In this document: positions 1-11,275 of the stretch, one piece after another
Position numbering within the stretch: the stretch's first letter is position 1
Layout: every line of letters starts with the position of its first letter
From: Octopus vulgaris
Taxonomy: Eukaryota
DNA length: 64,000 nt
NCBI GenBank assembly: GCA_951406725.2
Contig: OX597815.1
Location: forward strand, 185,566,001-185,630,000
Reading direction: 5' to 3'
Position numbers and translations under genes: made by a program
Notes under the pieces: model-generated
What the model was told of the DNA's origin: nothing
Databases searched by the model: none
Seen by the model: only the letters and a program-made list of their open reading frames with translations

Positions 1-244
1 CTAATGATGGATGACTGTTGAATGAATAAACAAAAGAAAAAGGGGCAGGAAATTCTCCAAATGGAAAGAAATTTGCAGAAGAGGATGTGAGAAGAAGTGA
101 TAGATATTGGACGATATGAATGAGATGCCAAAAATGTTGACATGTTATACACACACATCATGGACATAAATACATACAAAAATGGATGTGAAATGGACAG
201 ACAGACAGACAGATGAAGAGACAAACAGATAAATAGACAGTGGC

Positions 245-419
245 TTTTAGTTGTTTCAATCATTAGATTGTGGCCATGCTGGAGTACAGCCTTGAAAAAT
301 TTTAGTTGAATGAATTGACGCCAGTACTTTTTTGTCTCTTTTTTTAAAGCCAGGCACATATTCTATCAGCCTCTTTTGTTGAACTGCTAGTTACAGGGAT
401 GTAAACACACCAACACCTT

Positions 420-425
<6 letters not shown>
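245..425 (-). mobile_element. Family A SINE 3' fragment
   Basis: ttgtttcaatcatt...gtggccatgctggag...gatgtaaacacaccaac. Confidence 0.7.
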
Positions 426-453
<28 letters not shown>

Positions 454-591
454 TGAGTTGCCATGTCTTTTTGCTTTGGTATCATGTCATAGTTGGGAAC
501 AAATATCATTGTCATGCAAGCGTTTTTTATTTTGCTTTCAGTATTCCTTGGAAACATAGACATTAAAGTGATGCTGAAGATAATAATGGTG

Positions 592-623
<32 letters not shown>

Positions 624-804
624 CAAGAGTTATAAACTGGAGAAGATAACATCCAGGCTACATATGTTTCACAGTGAGCAAAAACTCTGAAGTGGTAAAT
701 ATCCAGGTGAAGTGTAATGCTAGGTAAATGCTGTAACAGATTACTAGGTCTCCAAGTTCGTAGCCGAGCCATTGCAGATTTCCGATGCAGCAGATATATA
801 ATCG

Positions 805-1160
805 TTAAAGAGGACAACAAAACATTAAGGCAAGGCAAACATCCCAAGTCGCAGGATTGCACCTAAGGACTTATGCCCTTGTTTCTACAACTTCAGAAAG
901 TTGAACTATGAACTTTTATGCTTCTTTTTTCTTCTTTCTCTGCATCTCCTTATTCTTTTACTCCCTTCCTCTATGTCATTATCTCATTAATATAAACCAT
1001 TCTCATTTTCCCTATTTGTCTCTGATGATGGAATATCCCATACTCGGGGATATCCCAGAAACAACTGTAAGACTTTGAATTCTTTCCATTAATAATAATG
1101 TATACAACTTGAGAGGTTTGCCTTGCCTTAATGTTTGTTTGTCTCCTTAATAATTATATA
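805..1160 (+). mobile_element. Penelope-like terminal-repeat remnant with inverted ends and an internal hammerhead motif
   Basis: aacattaaggcaaggcaaac (821-840) is inverted as gtttgccttgccttaatgtt (1116-1135). The element is flanked by TA runs and has a hammerhead motif at 1018-1073. Confidence 0.6.
1018..1073 (+). ncRNA. Type I hammerhead ribozyme motif with canonical core
   Basis: GUCU-CUGAUGA-[UGGAAUAUCCC/GGGAUAUCCCA, 10 of 11 bp]-GAAA-CAACU-GUA-AGAC. Stem I is GUCU/AGAC and the cleavage triplet is GUA at 1067-1069. Confidence 0.72.
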
Positions 1161-1197
1161 TACATACATACATATATATATTTATATATATATATAG

Positions 1198-1385
1198 TAA
1201 GAATTTACAGAAAACAAAAGACGAAGATGGGTGTGTAAACAACAAACAGATGTATTAGTTTAATGCTTGGGAAGTAAGAAAATCTTTTACGTTTTGAGCC
1301 TAGGCTCTTCAACAGAAAGGAACACAAAAATAAAAAGGGAGAGAAAATAGAAAAAGGTCTAGTGGCTAGCGATCTATCATGGCAA
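1198..1385 (-). mobile_element. Short Penelope-like repeat (family E) with variant hammerhead motif at 1284-1319
   Basis: The reverse complement reads CTTT-CTGTTGA-A-GAGCC(ta)GGCTC-aAAA-C-GTA-AAAG. A second copy lies at 60018-60203. Confidence 0.55.
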
Positions 1386-2809
1386 ATATTACGTTCATAA
1401 AACAGAGTATTAAGTATTGTAACTTGCTTGAAGCATTATATGTGTGAATAAGATAAATGTTAGCAAAAGCCTTTGGGCAATTTAGGCAGAAAGTTAGACA
1501 AAACATGTAAGGTTATATAAGGTTATGAAAACAGAAATAATGTATATTTCCTTACATAAATTGTTTAGGAATCCTAAAATATTTCAGAGAAAATTCCATT
1601 TTGTCTGACACAGTGGAAACTCAACAGCCCTGGCAATATTATTTTACTTTTTCTATCACATTTTCTAAATGATAAAAGTCTTACTAATACAGACCACAAC
1701 CAGTCTCCTAAGATTCTGTTTTATTATATGAACTTTCATATATATTTTCATACATAAATGTTCGTTAAATGTGTCTATACTTATATAGATGTACCTCTGT
1801 GTGAAGTATATGTGTGTGTGTGTGTGTGCGTGTGTGTTTAGCATTCAATTCTACACCCTTCAGACATTACCCATTTCCATTCAGATACTCAGATAAGTAA
1901 CTGTGTTACTCTATTTCTATTGATAACAAATTCTATCCGTACCATATCTACCTCCTGCAAGTGTTCAACCTATTTTATTTTCTAACATATATTCATAAAC
2001 ACATACATATATATATACACACATTTTATACACAAATACACTCTCACATCCATGAAGTAAAATAAATGAAAACAGTATCTAGATCAATTTCCTTTTTTTT
2101 CAATTTCTGTTAAAAGAAAATAGCTTTTATTTTTCTTCTTTTTTATCATCTGTTTTGTGTTATTGATTGGACCAGCAGAATTTTCTTTCCATCAAGAGTC
2201 TCTAAATACACATGGAGTTAATAACATCTGGCTTTAAATACAATTTAGAGCAATTCTCAGTGAAAAGCAAGTCAAGTTATTTCTCTTTGAGATTATAAGA
2301 AGAATAATGACAGTTTTATACAGAGAACTAAATTACATTCCTGTAGTTCAAACGTATGAGAAATGTCATGTCTTTCCAAAATACAATCATCAGTCAATTC
2401 TTTGATTTAAACCCCCGACAAATTTCTTCATTCCATTTTACATGAGCCTGACTATATGTTAACCTATTTTTTTTTGTTTATCTCTTTGATATTTTTATTT
2501 ATCAAATCTAAACTAACCATATTTTGTGTCCAAGACTTGTGATTTCTTTTTTATATTCTATTTTATTATTGTAGTTTGTGAAGAATAGTATTACTGATTG
2601 AAGGTTCCAAACAGACCAATCACAAGTTGACTGCTTCTCTGACAACAAGAGTAATAACAAACGATCACTGGATTTTTAGGTTTCCAGTTTATTGGCAGTT
2701 TCTTTTTTTTTGTTTGTCAATTCTATTTCTTTCTTTTCTTTTGCCAAAGATTTATATCCTTCACAGATGTATATCAGTAGAAGATTTCACAGACACACAC
2801 ACATCTTTG

Positions 2810-2995
2810 TGAGAATCGTTGGTGATTTTCTTCCTCTGTCTTTCTTTCTATTGGACTTTCTTCTGTTTCTGAAGAAGAGCATTGCTCAAAACTTTAAACC
2901 ACCTTTTTTTCCTTCCTTCCTTGAGTGTCTGGTAATACAATACTTTACATATACCACATCCTTGCATTGTTCTTTTATGAGTGTCCTTTTTTTGG
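2810..2995 (+). mobile_element. Penelope-like repeat remnant with degenerate hammerhead motif at 2865-2899
   Basis: GTTT-CTGAAGA-A-GAGC(att)GCTC-aAAA-CTTT-AAAC; the GAAA box is mutated. Confidence 0.45.
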
Positions 2996-3002
2996 ATTTA
3001 CT

Positions 3003-3465
3003 ATCATCATCATCATCATCATCGTTTAACGTCCGTTTTCCACGCTAGCACGGGTTGGACGGTTCGACCAGGGTCTGGGGAGCCAGGGGCTGCCCCAGGC
3101 TCCAGTCTGATCTGGCAGTGTTTCTACAGCTGGATGCCCTTCCTAACGCCAACCACTCCGCGGGTGTAGTGGGTGCTTTTTACGTGCCACCTGCACAGGT
3201 GCCAGAGGGGTCTGGCATCGGCCACGATCGGTTGGTGCTTTTTTTATGTGCCACCGGCACAGAAGCCAGTCAAGGCGGTGTTGGCATCGGCCACGTTCGG
3301 ATGGTGCTTTTTATGTGCCACCGGCACAGAAGCCATTCGAGGCAGGGTTGGCATCGGTCACGTTCAGATGGTGCTTTTTATGTGCCACCGGCACAGAAGC
3401 CAGAGGAGGCTGCACTGGCAATGGCCACGTTCGGATGGTGCTTTTTATGTGTCACCGGCACAGGT
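3003..3465 (-). mobile_element. Family C retroposon ((GAT)n-tailed, RTE-like 3' end) with internal ~60-bp tandem repeats
   Basis: (CAT)n-cgtttaacgtccgttttcc...ggatgcccttcctaacgccaacc, followed by about 5 units of ggtgctttttatgtgccaccggcacag. Confidence 0.85.
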
Positions 3466-3529
3466 ATCACAACTACTGTTTCCATTGATATTTGGTTCAA
3501 TGTTCATATATATATATATAATACCCGAC

Positions 3530-4305
3530 AAGCCAAATGAGACCATAGCCCATGGCCTATGCTAGTGGGTGTAACCAGCTCATTTATGAATACCCCTCAT
3601 TCATTGGACAATAAACCTTGCTTGTGAAGACCTATTGAGGCAAGTGAAATCAAAATTAAAAATGCTGACAAGGCTGATGACAGTACTGCCTGATTGGCAC
3701 TCATGCCAGTGGAACGTTTAAAGGACATCTGAATGTGAAGTGTAACTGGCCCAACTATGAGTACCCCTCATTCATTGGACAATGAACTTTGCTTGTGAAG
3801 ACATATTGAGTCAAGTGTAAACAAATCAAAATCACTGACGTGGCCGATGACAGTACTCCCTGTTGGCACTCATTGCAGTGGAATGTTAAAAGCACAATCT
3901 GAGTGTGATCGTTGCCAGGGCTGCTGACTGGCACCCATGCCGGTGGCACATAAAAAGCACCATTTCAGTGTGATCATTGTCAGTGTCACCTTACTGGCAC
4001 ATGAAAAACAACATTCGAGTGTGGTCATTGCCAGTGCTGTCGGACTGGCTCCGGTACAGGTGGCATGTAAAAAATACCATTTCAGTGTGGTCGTTGCCAG
4101 TACCGCCTGACTGGCCCTCATGCCAGTGGAACATGAAAGCACCCGCTACACTCTCGGAGTGGTTGGCGCTAGGAAGGGCATCCAGCTGTAGAAACTTTGC
4201 CAGATCAGATTGGAGCCTGGTGCAGCCTTCTGGCTCGCCAGTCCTCAGTCAAACCATCCAACCAAAGCCAGCATGGAAAGTGGATGTTAAAAGATGACGA
4301 TGACA
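3530..4305 (+). mobile_element. Family C retroposon, longer diverged copy
   Basis: It ends aggaagggcatccagctgtagaaac...gcatggaaagtggatgttaaaagatgacgatga. Confidence 0.8.
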
Positions 4306-4542
4306 ATGATATAAGGAAAATAAGACAAGGTAGAAAATGATAAAATAATTTTAGTTTCAGTTAGCGACATTTGTCCTACTGCCAATTTGCAGCCTGATAT
4401 CAACACCAGCTGCAATTACATGTTAGGGAGAAATATAATAAATGCACCTAATTCAGAATGGACACATTGAACAAAGATGGCATTTTCAGCTGGGTCTAAC
4501 AGAAAATGTCTTATTGAAATTCATATCACCATTGCCTCTTAA

Positions 4543-4712
4543 CCCTTTCATTATCAACCCAGCTGAAACCAGCTCTGGCTCTGAGTACAAATGTCTTGTT
4601 TTCATAAGTTTTGAATTAAAATCTTCAACCAAACCTTAGTCACAATTTATGTTCCTAACACTAGCTGAATGATAACTAAGTTATTTTACTAAATTCATTG
4701 TTATATTTAAAA
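4543..4712. mobile_element. piggyBac-type MITE, truncated copy
   Basis: TTAA|CCCTTTCATTATC followed by the same body as the 57260 copy; it is fused to a mariner-MITE arm. Confidence 0.8.
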
Positions 4713-4866
4713 CTGATGGTGAATATGCCCCGGTATAATCATTTGCAGATATTTTTGTTACATGTTGTTGTTGTTTTTGTTGAATAAAATTTGTTGAAAA
4801 AAGCCACAATAATTATGCATCAACCCAATAAATTCTTTTTTGCATGCATGCATTCATTCATTCATT

Positions 4867-4908
<42 letters not shown>

Positions 4909-5349
4909 CATAAGTCAATCTATGAATTTTATTCCTTTCACTCACACCTGCATTAGTCAGCCTAAGGTAAATAGCTGAAAATACTTCTCGAAGCTACAAT
5001 AAAGTGAATTTGAACCCAACACCACATGGTTGTGAAACAAACTTCTAAACAACATGTCCAAACCTGCAGCTGATGATATAATTTTACACTAACCCAAACT
5101 TTAACATTTGTTGCATGCATTTGTTTTTTGTTTTTTTTTTTTTGTTCTTTCTCTATAATATCTTCACTGAAGCACATCAAATTAGACTAGGATTATTGAC
5201 TGCGAACAAAAATACAAAAATGAGATGAAATAGAAAAAGCTGATGAGTCGGAGACTCTTGAACAATATGTTTATGGGTGTGTTTTGAGGCATTGCAGCTA
5301 TACGTAGTTAAGAGCAATGAGGGAAAATATCTTTTTGTTTTCTTGTATT

Positions 5350-5600
5350 TTCTATCTTTTACTTGTTTCAGTCAGTTGACTGTGGCCATGCTGGGGCAAT
5401 GCTTTAAAGGGGTTTAATCAAACAAATCAAGCCCGGAACTTCGTTTTTTTTTTTCTTTTTTTTTTTAAAGCCTGGTATTTATATTCTGTTGGGCTCTTTC
5501 TACTGAACTGCCAAGTTACAGGAATGTAAACACACCAACACCGGTTGTCAGATGGCCATGGGGGACAAACACAGACATAAAGACACACACACACACATAG
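5350..5600 (-). mobile_element. Family A SINE 3' half
   Basis: tttacttgtttcagtcagttgactgtggccatgctgg...gggggacaaacacagac. Confidence 0.8.
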
Positions 5601-5719
5601 ATATATATACAAACAAACATACACACACACACACATATATATGTGTATATATACATACATACACATGCATATGTGTCTATATACATACACACACACATAT
5701 ATATATATCCTTTCTAATG

Positions 5720-5920
5720 GAGGCACAAGGCTTCATATTTGTAGGGTGGGACTAGTTGATTATATCGACCCTGTATTTCACTGGTACTTAATTCATCGAC
5801 CTTGAAAGGATGAAAGGCAAAGTTAACCTCAGTGGAAACTGAACTCCGAACAGCAACAGGCGAAATACCACTAAGCATTTTTCATCCAGTGCACTAACGA
5901 TTCCGCCAGCTTGCTGCCTT
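5720..5920 (-). mobile_element. Family B SINE
   Basis: ctggtacttaattcatcgaccttgaaaggatgaaaggcaaagt... Confidence 0.75.
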
Positions 5921-5922
5921 AC

Positions 5923-5965
<43 letters not shown>

Positions 5966-5969
5966 GTTC

Positions 5970-6385
5970 TTTTATTAGTTTCAGTCTTTTGCTTGTGGCC
6001 ATGCTAGATCACCACCTTTAGTTGAGCAAATCAACCCCGGGACTTATTCTTTGTAAGCTTAGTACTTATTCTATTGGTCTCTTTTGATGAACCACTAAGT
6101 GAGAGGGATGTAAACACACCAGCATTGGTTGTCAAGTGATGTTAGAGGGACAAACACAGACACACAAACATATACATACATATATATATAAGACGGGCTT
6201 CTTTCAGTTTCTGTCAACCAAATCCACTCACAAGGCTTTGGTCGGCCCAATGCTATAGTAGAAGACACTTGCCCAAGGTGCCACACAGTGGAAGTGAACC
6301 CAGAAATGCATTTGGTAAGCAAGCTGACAGGCTTCTTTCAGTTTCCATTCACCAAATCCACTCACAAGGCTTTGATCAAAGAAGT
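5970..6385 (-). mobile_element. Family A SINE with partial internal duplication
   Basis: It matches the family consensus, and ggcttctttcagttt..caaatccactcacaaggcttt occurs twice. Confidence 0.8.
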
Positions 6386-6559
6386 AAACCCTGTGATTCC
6401 ATGAATGGTATATTGCAAGTCCAAAAGTTATTTTGCGGAATCAGGTTGATATACACACGGAAGTCTTGTCTTTATGCATTTATATAAAAGAAACACACAT
6501 AAAGCAATACAGCTCAAGCCAAATATAGATTTATTTCTAGCATTTAGAAATCTATAAAT

Positions 6560-6822
6560 TAAGTTTCGTTTTTGGATTTGGCTTGCAAGATTCTTTATAT
6601 GAGTTCGTGTGTTGAAGCATATTCTATTGTGTCTGGGGAGAGTCATTTTCTTTCTGTGCCTTATTATGTAAATAACGGATAGAGTCAAAACTATTGAAAA
6701 GGTTGCAAGACGCAACAAAAATTTTAGGACAGTAAGAATAAGAAAAACGTGGAAATTTTACTGGTGAGTGTGTTACATAATAAGGCACAAAGAGAAAATG
6801 ACTCTCCCCAGACACAATAGTA
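6560..6822. mobile_element. Family F repeat: two inverted partial copies, with variant hammerhead-like motif at 6691-6727
   Basis: 6623-6671 is the reverse complement of 6773-6820. The same family occurs at 17270-17545 and 47290-47495. Confidence 0.6.
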
Positions 6823-6956
6823 TAAATTAAGTAACCGGCTGGAATGTTTTTCAATCCAAGCCTCAACTAATTAGAGTTACATAAAGCCTTACACTTCACT
6901 TTCAAGCTTTCTAATTTTATTCAGTGAATAGTTTTCTTCTATTTGCTGCTGTCTTG

Positions 6957-7602
6957 TTGTGTTAGTGCATAAGTATCGCAGCTTTTTACAACAAATTTTA
7001 TTCAACAAAAGCAATACCAATATTTAACAAAAACATCTTTAAATGATGGTCTGACCCTCTGCCAAGCAAATGGGAAGCAGCAATTGAAGTAGATGGTGAA
7101 TATGCTCCGGAATAATCCTTTTAAAGATGTTTTTGTTATATGCTGTAATTGTTTTTGTTGAATAAAATTTGTTGAAAAAAAACCTGCGCAGGAGTGGCTG
7201 TGTGGTAAGTAGCTTGCTTACCAACCACATGGTTCCGGGTTCAGTCCCGCTGCGTGGCATCTTGGGCAAGTGTCTTCTGCTATAGCCCCGGGCCGACCAA
7301 TGCCTTGTGAGTGGATTTGGTAGACGGAAACTGAAAGAAGCCTGTCGTATATATGTATATATATATATGTATGTGTGTTTGTGTATCTGTGTTTGTCACC
7401 CTAGCATTGCTTGACAACCGATGCTGGTGTGTTTATGTCCCCGTCACTTAGCGGTTCGGCAAAAGAGACCGATAGAATAAGTACTGGGCTTACAAAGAAT
7501 AAGTCCCGGGGTCGAGTCGCTCGATTAAAGGCGGTGCTCCAGCATGGCCGCAGTCAAATGACTGAAACAAGTAAAGAGAGAAATAATTGTGCACCAACCC
7601 AA
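6957..7602. mobile_element. Mariner-type MITE with long TIRs, right arm interrupted by a SINE
   Basis: The left arm caacaaattttattcaacaaaa mirrors tttgttgaataaaatttgttg. The terminus ataattgtgcaccaacccaa|TA resumes after the SINE. An uninterrupted right arm is seen at 4715-4830. Confidence 0.7.
7186..7580 (+). mobile_element. Family A tRNA-derived SINE, full length, young copy
   Basis: It has the Pol III A box TGGCTGTGTGG, the B box GGTTCAGTCCC, a CORE-like cttgggcaagtgtctt segment, an internal (TA)/(TG) run and the tail gaaacaagtaaagagag. Confidence 0.9.
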
Positions 7603-7970
7603 TAGTATTAAAAGTAACTCATTGGAGTAACTGATTGAAAAATCTTCTCCATAACTACATCATAACTACATTGTTCAGATTATTCTATCATCTTTGACAT
7701 GACCTATAATATTACAGTTAAGTGGTGATTATCATTGAGCAAACAAACAATATTCAATATTGCTGTTGTTTATCCAAAAGTCAACCGTGACTGAACAGGC
7801 CTATGCTCAAAGGCATTCCAGATCTGACCATCTTATCGTTTAAGACCACATTATCCAATGTTTACTTTCTTTTCCTTTTAGGATATCAAAATGTGATTTG
7901 ATAATGATTTGGATGCTATTTTTAGCAGATCAAACAGCCACAAAATGGCTTCCTCATTGTCTCGCACAGA

Positions 7971-8384
7971 CTCTCTTTTACTCTTTTACTTGTTTCAGTC
8001 ATTTGACTGCGGCCATGCTGGAGCACCGCCTTTAATCGAGCGACTCGACCCCGGGACTTATTCTTTGTAAGCCCAGTACTTATTCTATTGGTTGCTTTTG
8101 CCGAACCGCTAAGTGACTGCAACGTAAACACACCAGTATTGGTTGTCAAGCAATGCTAGGGGGACAAACACAGACACACAAACATACACACATATATATA
8201 TATATATATATACATATATACGATGGGCTTCTTTCAGCTTCCGTCTACCAAATCCACTCACAAGGCTTTGGTCGGCCCGAGGCTATAGTAGAAGACACTT
8301 GCCCAAGATGTCACGCAGTGGGACTGAACCCGGAACCATGTGGTTGGTAAGCAAGCTACTTACCACACAGCCACTCCTGCGCCT
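7971..8384 (-). mobile_element. Family A SINE, full length
   Basis: It is the near-identical reverse complement of 7186-7580. Confidence 0.9.
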
Positions 8385-9272
8385 GTGTATTTAGTGTTAG
8401 TATATGCATGAGTTTACGTGCAAGTGTATATGCTACAGGCTGTGGATGTATACGCATGGTTGTATGTCTGTGTCTTAGTGTCAGTGGTTGTGAGTGGTTG
8501 AAGAAAATGCGTCAACCTAATAAAGATATATTATTCAGAATGAATAAATATTATATATTTTTCTTTTTGTATTATTCATCTTAAAAATGTGACAAAATGC
8601 AAATGCTTTGTATAGCTTTATTCATTTGCAGCAACAAAGACAGAGTGCTTCCAAGACATTCTCTATTCAGAAGACTAAAGACTCCCTCAACGAATGAAGA
8701 GAAGCAGGTGCAAAGTAATTTAGTAGTTGGAAGAAAGTAATCCTTTTCTGGAAATTGAAATCAATTCTCCAAAGGCTGAAATATTGAATAACAAACTCAA
8801 CAACATCAAATTCATAATTAATACTCTCGCATTGTGTTTAACCTGTTAAAGTTACTATGGCTTTCTTACAGATGTTTTAGACAGCGAAAAGAAATAGAAG
8901 ACGATTTACTCATTAGCTTTTAGTTTTGTTTTCTGTTTTTAGAGGAAAGCCATCTCACAGAATGGAATCTTGTCTCACTTTCTTTTATATAAACCAGAAG
9001 AAAGAAAAACACTTTGGATGTTGGAAAAAAAGTTATTTTCCTGTTTTCTTTTAAACATATAAAAGAAGGCTGTAAGTTGTTAAATACAGAAGAAAGTTAT
9101 ATTTTGTTTCATATCACTGAGTTCAAACCCTGTGGGGAATCAATTTTTGCTTTTGATCCTTCTGGGGTTGGTAAGGAATCAGTGTTGTAATGAGGGGAAT
9201 CTAGTCAATGACATAGAACTACCCTAACAAAATTGGTTTCACAACTAGTGAAAGCAAATACATATTTAACAA

Positions 9273-9500
9273 CATCATCATCATCGTTTAACGTCCGTTT
9301 TCCGTGATAGCATGGGTTCGACCAGGGGTCTGGGAAGCCAGAAGGCTGCACCAGGCTCCAGTCTAATCAGGCAGTGTTTCTACAGCTGGATGCCCTTCCT
9401 AATGCCAACCACTCTGTAAGTGTAGTGGGTGCTTTTTACGTGCCACCAGCACAGGGGCCAGAGGAGGCTGGCAGCAGCCACGATCAGTTGAGTCTTTTTA
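9273..9500 (-). mobile_element. Family C retroposon 3' part
   Basis: Colinear with 3003-3240. Confidence 0.85.
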
Positions 9501-9969
9501 CATGATACAACAATACACAACAATACATATATAACAAAACAAAACAGGAAAGTTTGTTTATAAAATATTTTAGTTACATCATCTCATGCACATTTTATTA
9601 ATAAAAATTTATCAGTTATATAATGCATGTTATACATGTGTGTGTGTGTGTGTGTGTGTGAAGTGAGAGCAACTAATTAGTAAGAAATAATAGAGTAACA
9701 CACTGAATTTCTCAGAGTAGACATTTACTGTCAATGTTCTTGACATTCTTGTGTGCCGAGTATGGTCCACTGGAATGCCATGGATTCTGAGGTGAATCAG
9801 AAAAAGCCAAAATATTGAGGAAGCTAAAACATTTTCATTCCCATGCACTACATCTGTGCATGTGCATTCTTTTGCAACAGAGGAATTTCTATTCTAAAAC
9901 AGTTTCAATAGGCTTTTTTTATGCAATAAAAATTTGAAAAAGCTGATAATATACAATAACATTTTCGTA

Positions 9970-10187
9970 AGACGGTGAGCTGGTACAAACGTTAGCACGC
10001 TGGACAAAATGCTTAGTGGGATTTCGTTTGTCTTTATGTTCTAAGTTCAAATTCCACTGAAGTCGACATTGCCCTTCATCCTTTCGGGGTTGATAAATTA
10101 AGTACCAGTTGTGTACTGGGGTCGATCTAATCGACTGATCCCCTCCCCCAAAAAATTTCTGGCCTTGTGCCTAGAGTAGAAAAGAAT
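9970..10187 (+). mobile_element. Family B tRNA-derived SINE with a Meta-domain-like central block
   Basis: A-box-like gagctggtacaaacgttagc, B-box-like agttcaaattcc and the central block ttcatcctttcggggttgataaattaagtaccag. The Meta-domain assignment is from memory. Confidence 0.8.
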
Positions 10188-10835
10188 ACACCATAGCATT
10201 TTCAGTCCCTTGTCCAGTGTGCTGTGGACATCGAAATGTCCCAAAACTGCTGCCTTAATGGATCTAGTTTAGTTTGGGTGCAGACACGGTGATGTAGTTA
10301 AGGAACTTGCTTTTCAAAGATGTGGTTTCACTTTTGATCTCACAACACCACATAGACAAAAATGTCTTTTAAAATATCATGGGGTTAACCACAGAACTGA
10401 AATTTGAAAACCAGAATTTGTGCAGGACCCTGCTCTGTGTGTACGTGTGTATCCTTTACTAATGTATATCAGTGAAGGATGTAAAATAACATTAAAAGTC
10501 AGTATTTTCCAAGTGAAGTCCGTCACCACATTTGTTCTATATTGAGTTACAAAAAATTCTCTTGTCATTCCTGCCACCAGAAATGCAAATCAATCAGAGA
10601 TTGGTCTATTGGAACATGGCGCCAACAATATGATTGTTCACCAATTGCAATATAAAATATAACACATGCTCTTAGTATGAATCCAAACAAATGCAAAATT
10701 GCCTCTTATGATTACAAGTTGATAAAATGACTACCAGAAACACATGGGACTTAATTCAATTCACACTACTCGCATTATATAAAACCTTGTATTGTCCAAA
10801 GAGATCAACAATGAAGTGCGTGTTTGTATGTGCAA

Positions 10836-10867
<32 letters not shown>

Positions 10868-10868
<1 letters not shown>

Positions 10869-11275
10869 CTCTTACTTCTTGTTTCAGGCATTTGACTGTG
10901 GCCATGCTGGAGCACCGCCTTTAGTCAAGCAAAATGACCCCAGGACTTATTCTTTGTAAGCCTAGTACTTATTTTTTTGGTCTCTTTTGTCGAAGCGCTA
11001 GGTTACGGGCACGTAAACACACCAGCATTGGTTGTCAAGTGATGTTGGAGGGACAACATCACTTATACACACAAGCATATATACACACACACACATACAC
11101 ACACATATATATGATGAGCTTTTTTCGGTTTCCATTTACCAAATCCACTCAGAAAGCTTTGGTCACCCCGAGGCTATAGTAGAAGACACTCGCCCAAGGT
11201 GCCACACAGTGGGACTGAACCTGGAATCATGTGGGATGTAATCAAGCTACTTACCACACAGCCATTCCTACGCCT
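10868..11275 (-). mobile_element. Family A SINE
   Basis: Colinear with 7971-8384. Confidence 0.85.

Noticed and set aside
1-130. Possible RTE-LINE remnant (KRKRGR...W-like)
   Set aside because: Too short and degenerate, and truncated by the window edge.
3055-3565. Overlapping repetitive ORFs and a superficially CRISPR-like repeat/spacer pattern
   Set aside because: The 'spacers' are similar to each other and the block is the internal tandem repeat of a dispersed retroposon. The context is eukaryotic and there are no cas genes.
7186-7260. tRNA-like sequence with A and B boxes
   Set aside because: It is a SINE head; no complete cloverleaf forms and it continues into the SINE body.
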